Virus record (IMG/VR): IMGVR_UViG_3300025639_000016
Location: 1-28,428 of that record
Reading direction: 5' to 3' (one strand)
DNA: 28,428 nucleotides
Source of the DNA: a virus
Lineage: Duplodnaviria; Caudoviricetes
Positions within the stretch are counted from its first letter, which is position 1. Every line of letters starts with the position of its first letter. A program made the position numbers and the translations under genes. This document shows, piece after piece, positions 26,562 through 28,428 of this stretch. A model generated the notes under the pieces. That model was given only the letters and a program-made list of their open reading frames with translations, was not told the origin of the DNA and did not search any database.

Positions 26562-27592
26562 CAGTATACCTTTAAGATAATAGTAGAATCATTTAGTCTA
26601 CCTGATCCTTTGGTTAATACAGTTTTAGCCATAGATTTAAACTTCTTAATCCATTGCCCTTTACGTGATTTAGAAATATCATTTAATTGATCTTCTGGCT
26701 TTCGTAATCGTCTCTGCTCAGTAGAATCAAATCCTTTTAATGAAGTACCCTTTACAGTCATTCCTCCATCTGATGTATAATAACTCAACATTTTAGTAGA
26801 TGTGTTATACAACCAAACCTCTTTAGCATCAACTAATTTCTCAGGATCAACAGATTTAAGTTTAAGTTCAGGGAAAACCTTAGCATACTTCACTTTCCCA
26901 ACAACTTTAGATGCAGGTACTACTTTCTTTTTACGAGTAGGTGTTACAGCTACTTTATACTTCTCTAATGAATCAATCATTACATCAAAGAACTTAATAA
27001 CCTTATTCTTTTGCTGAGTAGTGTATGTAGAGTAACCTTCCTTCATAATAGGAACAGTCTTAGATAGAACATATTCATTACGAACACCGGATGCCCATAC
27101 AATAATCTCTTGAATATAGGATGCTTTAACCGAAGCATCAGCTAGATACTTCTCTGTATTGAACTTCATCTTAAAATCAGACTCTATAAAGTTCTCAAAC
27201 GCATCATCTAATCCAGTGATATATTCATTAAGTTTAATAGCAGTTCTTTCTTGAATAGAGATAACTTTCTTATTAATAACAGGTGTCACAACTTTAGTAT
27301 CTAATCGCTGTACCCAAGTATTCATCCATTCTTTAAGTTTATCATCAGCAAGATCTCTAGCAATAAGACGAGCAACAGCCCCTGCTGTTTGTTGTGATAC
27401 AGAGGATGTTAATACCTTATCTGATTTAATCTCTTTAAGGTATGAATTAAGGTATTTAACAATAGTCTTAGAATCCGACATAGTGTTATACCAGTTTAAT
27501 ACTCCAATTAACTCAGGTTGTGTATAATTAGCACTTAACTCAGGTTCAATTAAGTCTGTTGCCCATTTAGCTCTTACTTTTGTTTTACTCAT
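26561..27592 (-). CDS. Hypothetical basic phage protein (343 aa)
   Basis: Long Lys-rich ORF with GAGGA SD and its own sigma70 promoter. TGATG-type coupling to gp33. Confidence 0.85.
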   Translation of the reverse strand: MSKTKVRAKWATDLIEPELSANYTQPELIGVLNWYNTMSDSKTIVKYLNSYLKEIKSDKVLTSSVSQQTAGAVARLIARDLADDKLKEWMNTWVQRLDTKVVTPVINKKVISIQERTAIKLNEYITGLDDAFENFIESDFKMKFNTEKYLADASVKASYIQEIIVWASGVRNEYVLSKTVPIMKEGYSTYTTQQKNKVIKFFDVMIDSLEKYKVAVTPTRKKKVVPASKVVGKVKYAKVFPELKLKSVDPEKLVDAKEVWLYNTSTKMLSYYTSDGGMTVKGTSLKGFDSTEQRRLRKPEDQLNDISKSRKGQWIKKFKSMAKTVLTKGSGRLNDSTIILKVY

Positions 27593-27627
27593 AATATAGA
27601 TTCCTCAATAAACTAACTTATACATAC

Positions 27628-27656
27628 ATTATACTATATATAACATCAGATGTCAA
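27628..27656 (-). promoter_or_regulatory. Consensus sigma70 promoter for the 343aa-gp33-gp59 operon
   Basis: Minus strand reads AGTAC-TTGACA-N17-TATAAT. Confidence 0.88.
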
Positions 27657-28068
27657 GTACTGATTTGATTTTACCACATACTACTTCTTCAGCAGTATAA
27701 CGAAGTGCTTTAAAGATAATAACATTCTCTGATTTAAAGCTCCTCCATCCCTCAGCATTGATATCCCATACAGATATAGTAGTTTGGTCTTTAATCTCTT
27801 TACCTGTGCCCTTAGGTCTATTACCTTCGGGAATAGCACCAAGGTCTGTAGTACAGGTCATAACACGTTCATCACCATTAATCTTAGTAAATGTAACTTC
27901 ACATAGACCTTGTGACAACTCATATCTCATAGAGTCACGGTGTGTTCTTAATGCAGTTGGTTCCATTTCATTCTCCTTTATCTCTGTATCAAGCCCGAAG
28001 TTCCATCGGGGATCATAGATATCAATTGTTTTATATATTTTATCTTGGAGTGGTACACCTTTAGACAT
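27646..28068 (-). CDS. Sm-like SH3 beta-barrel protein (WYL_2/DUF2693, T4 gp31.1-like); alternative start at 27966
   Basis: CEVTFTKINGDERVMTCT and SVWDINAEGWRSFK motifs. Confidence 0.75.
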   Translation of the reverse strand: MSKGVPLQDKIYKTIDIYDPRWNFGLDTEIKENEMEPTALRTHRDSMRYELSQGLCEVTFTKINGDERVMTCTTDLGAIPEGNRPKGTGKEIKDQTTISVWDINAEGWRSFKSENVIIFKALRYTAEEVVCGKIKSVLDI

Positions 28069-28247
28069 TAATGACCTCCAGGACCCATTATATATTCATC
28101 AGCAATTTCATCAGCAGTTGTATAAAACATATACTGCATAGAATCATACCGAAGTGTGCCATACTTTTTAATAAAATCTTCTTTAGATAGATCAATAAAC
28201 TCTTGACCCATCACCTCTTCTTTTGTTGCTGCTTGAACTTTATTCAT
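28068..28247 (-). CDS. Hypothetical 59-aa protein
   Basis: Start moved from the track's 28268 to the ATG at 28247 because AAGGAGG lies 6 nt upstream. Confidence 0.65.
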   Translation of the reverse strand: MNKVQAATKEEVMGQEFIDLSKEDFIKKYGTLRYDSMQYMFYTTADEIADEYIMGPGGH

Positions 28248-28428
28248 CTCTACCCTCCTTATAAGCATCCATAATAGAAATTTCTTCAGTTAGTTCATTA
28301 CGATCATTAGTACCATCAAATGATATATGTGTATCAGCATTAAAATCAGCATAAGCAGAAAGATTATCAATATCTCTTTCTGACATCTCATGCTTTTGTT
28401 TACGTTTAAGTGCTGCAGAGGCTTTAAT
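28240..28428 (-). CDS. 3' end of a hypothetical acidic protein entering from the right edge
   Basis: Open frame IKASAALKRKQKHEMSERDIDNLSAY...MDAYKEGRDE* with TAA at 28240-28242, overlapping the next gene's start. Confidence 0.65.
   Translation of the reverse strand: MKASAALKRKQKHEMSERDIDNLSAYADFNADTHISFDGTNDRNELTEEISIMDAYKEGRDE

Noticed and set aside
7578-28018. Antisense ORFs at 7578, 15651 (252 aa), 16748, 17649, 19337, 22247, 22765, 24011, 26802 and 27758
   Set aside because: They lie opposite well-supported genes and have the Ser/Ile/Phe-rich composition typical of reverse-frame shadows.
1-28428. tRNA, rRNA, CRISPR array, intron, intein or reverse transcriptase/DGR
   Set aside because: None seen by eye. 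Intergenic gaps are all about 100 nt or shorter and core genes are uninterrupted. tRNAscan and Infernal were not run.

Overview
AT-rich 28.4 kb piece of a T4-like myophage genome with the gene order of marine cyanophage/pelagiphage-type T4-like phages. All calls come from motif recognition and gene order; no searches were run. The left part (minus strand, late) is a baseplate/tail block: gp48, gp27-like hub, gp5 without lysozyme, an unknown 306-aa protein, gp25, gp53, gp6, a very short gp7, gp8, a VrlC/DUF4815-type protein, a 60-aa protein, and a modular fibre/adhesin of at least 1534 aa that runs off the left edge and is absent from the ORF track. The middle (plus strand, late) carries gp4, gp2, gp54, gp26, a gp51-like segment with no good start, the tape measure, and an EF-hand membrane protein. 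After an intrinsic terminator, the right part (minus strand) carries gp32, gp59, gp33 and hypotheticals under consensus sigma70 promoters. The top findings are: (1) a candidate programmed -1 frameshift (T TTT TTC) fusing gp26 to the gp51 tail just before the tape measure gene, like lambda G/GT; (2) late promoters placed so that gp2 and gp25 mRNAs would be leaderless; (3) a near-consensus sigma70 promoter pointing antisense through the gp4 nuclease gene; (4) an EF-hand plus two-TM holin-like protein.
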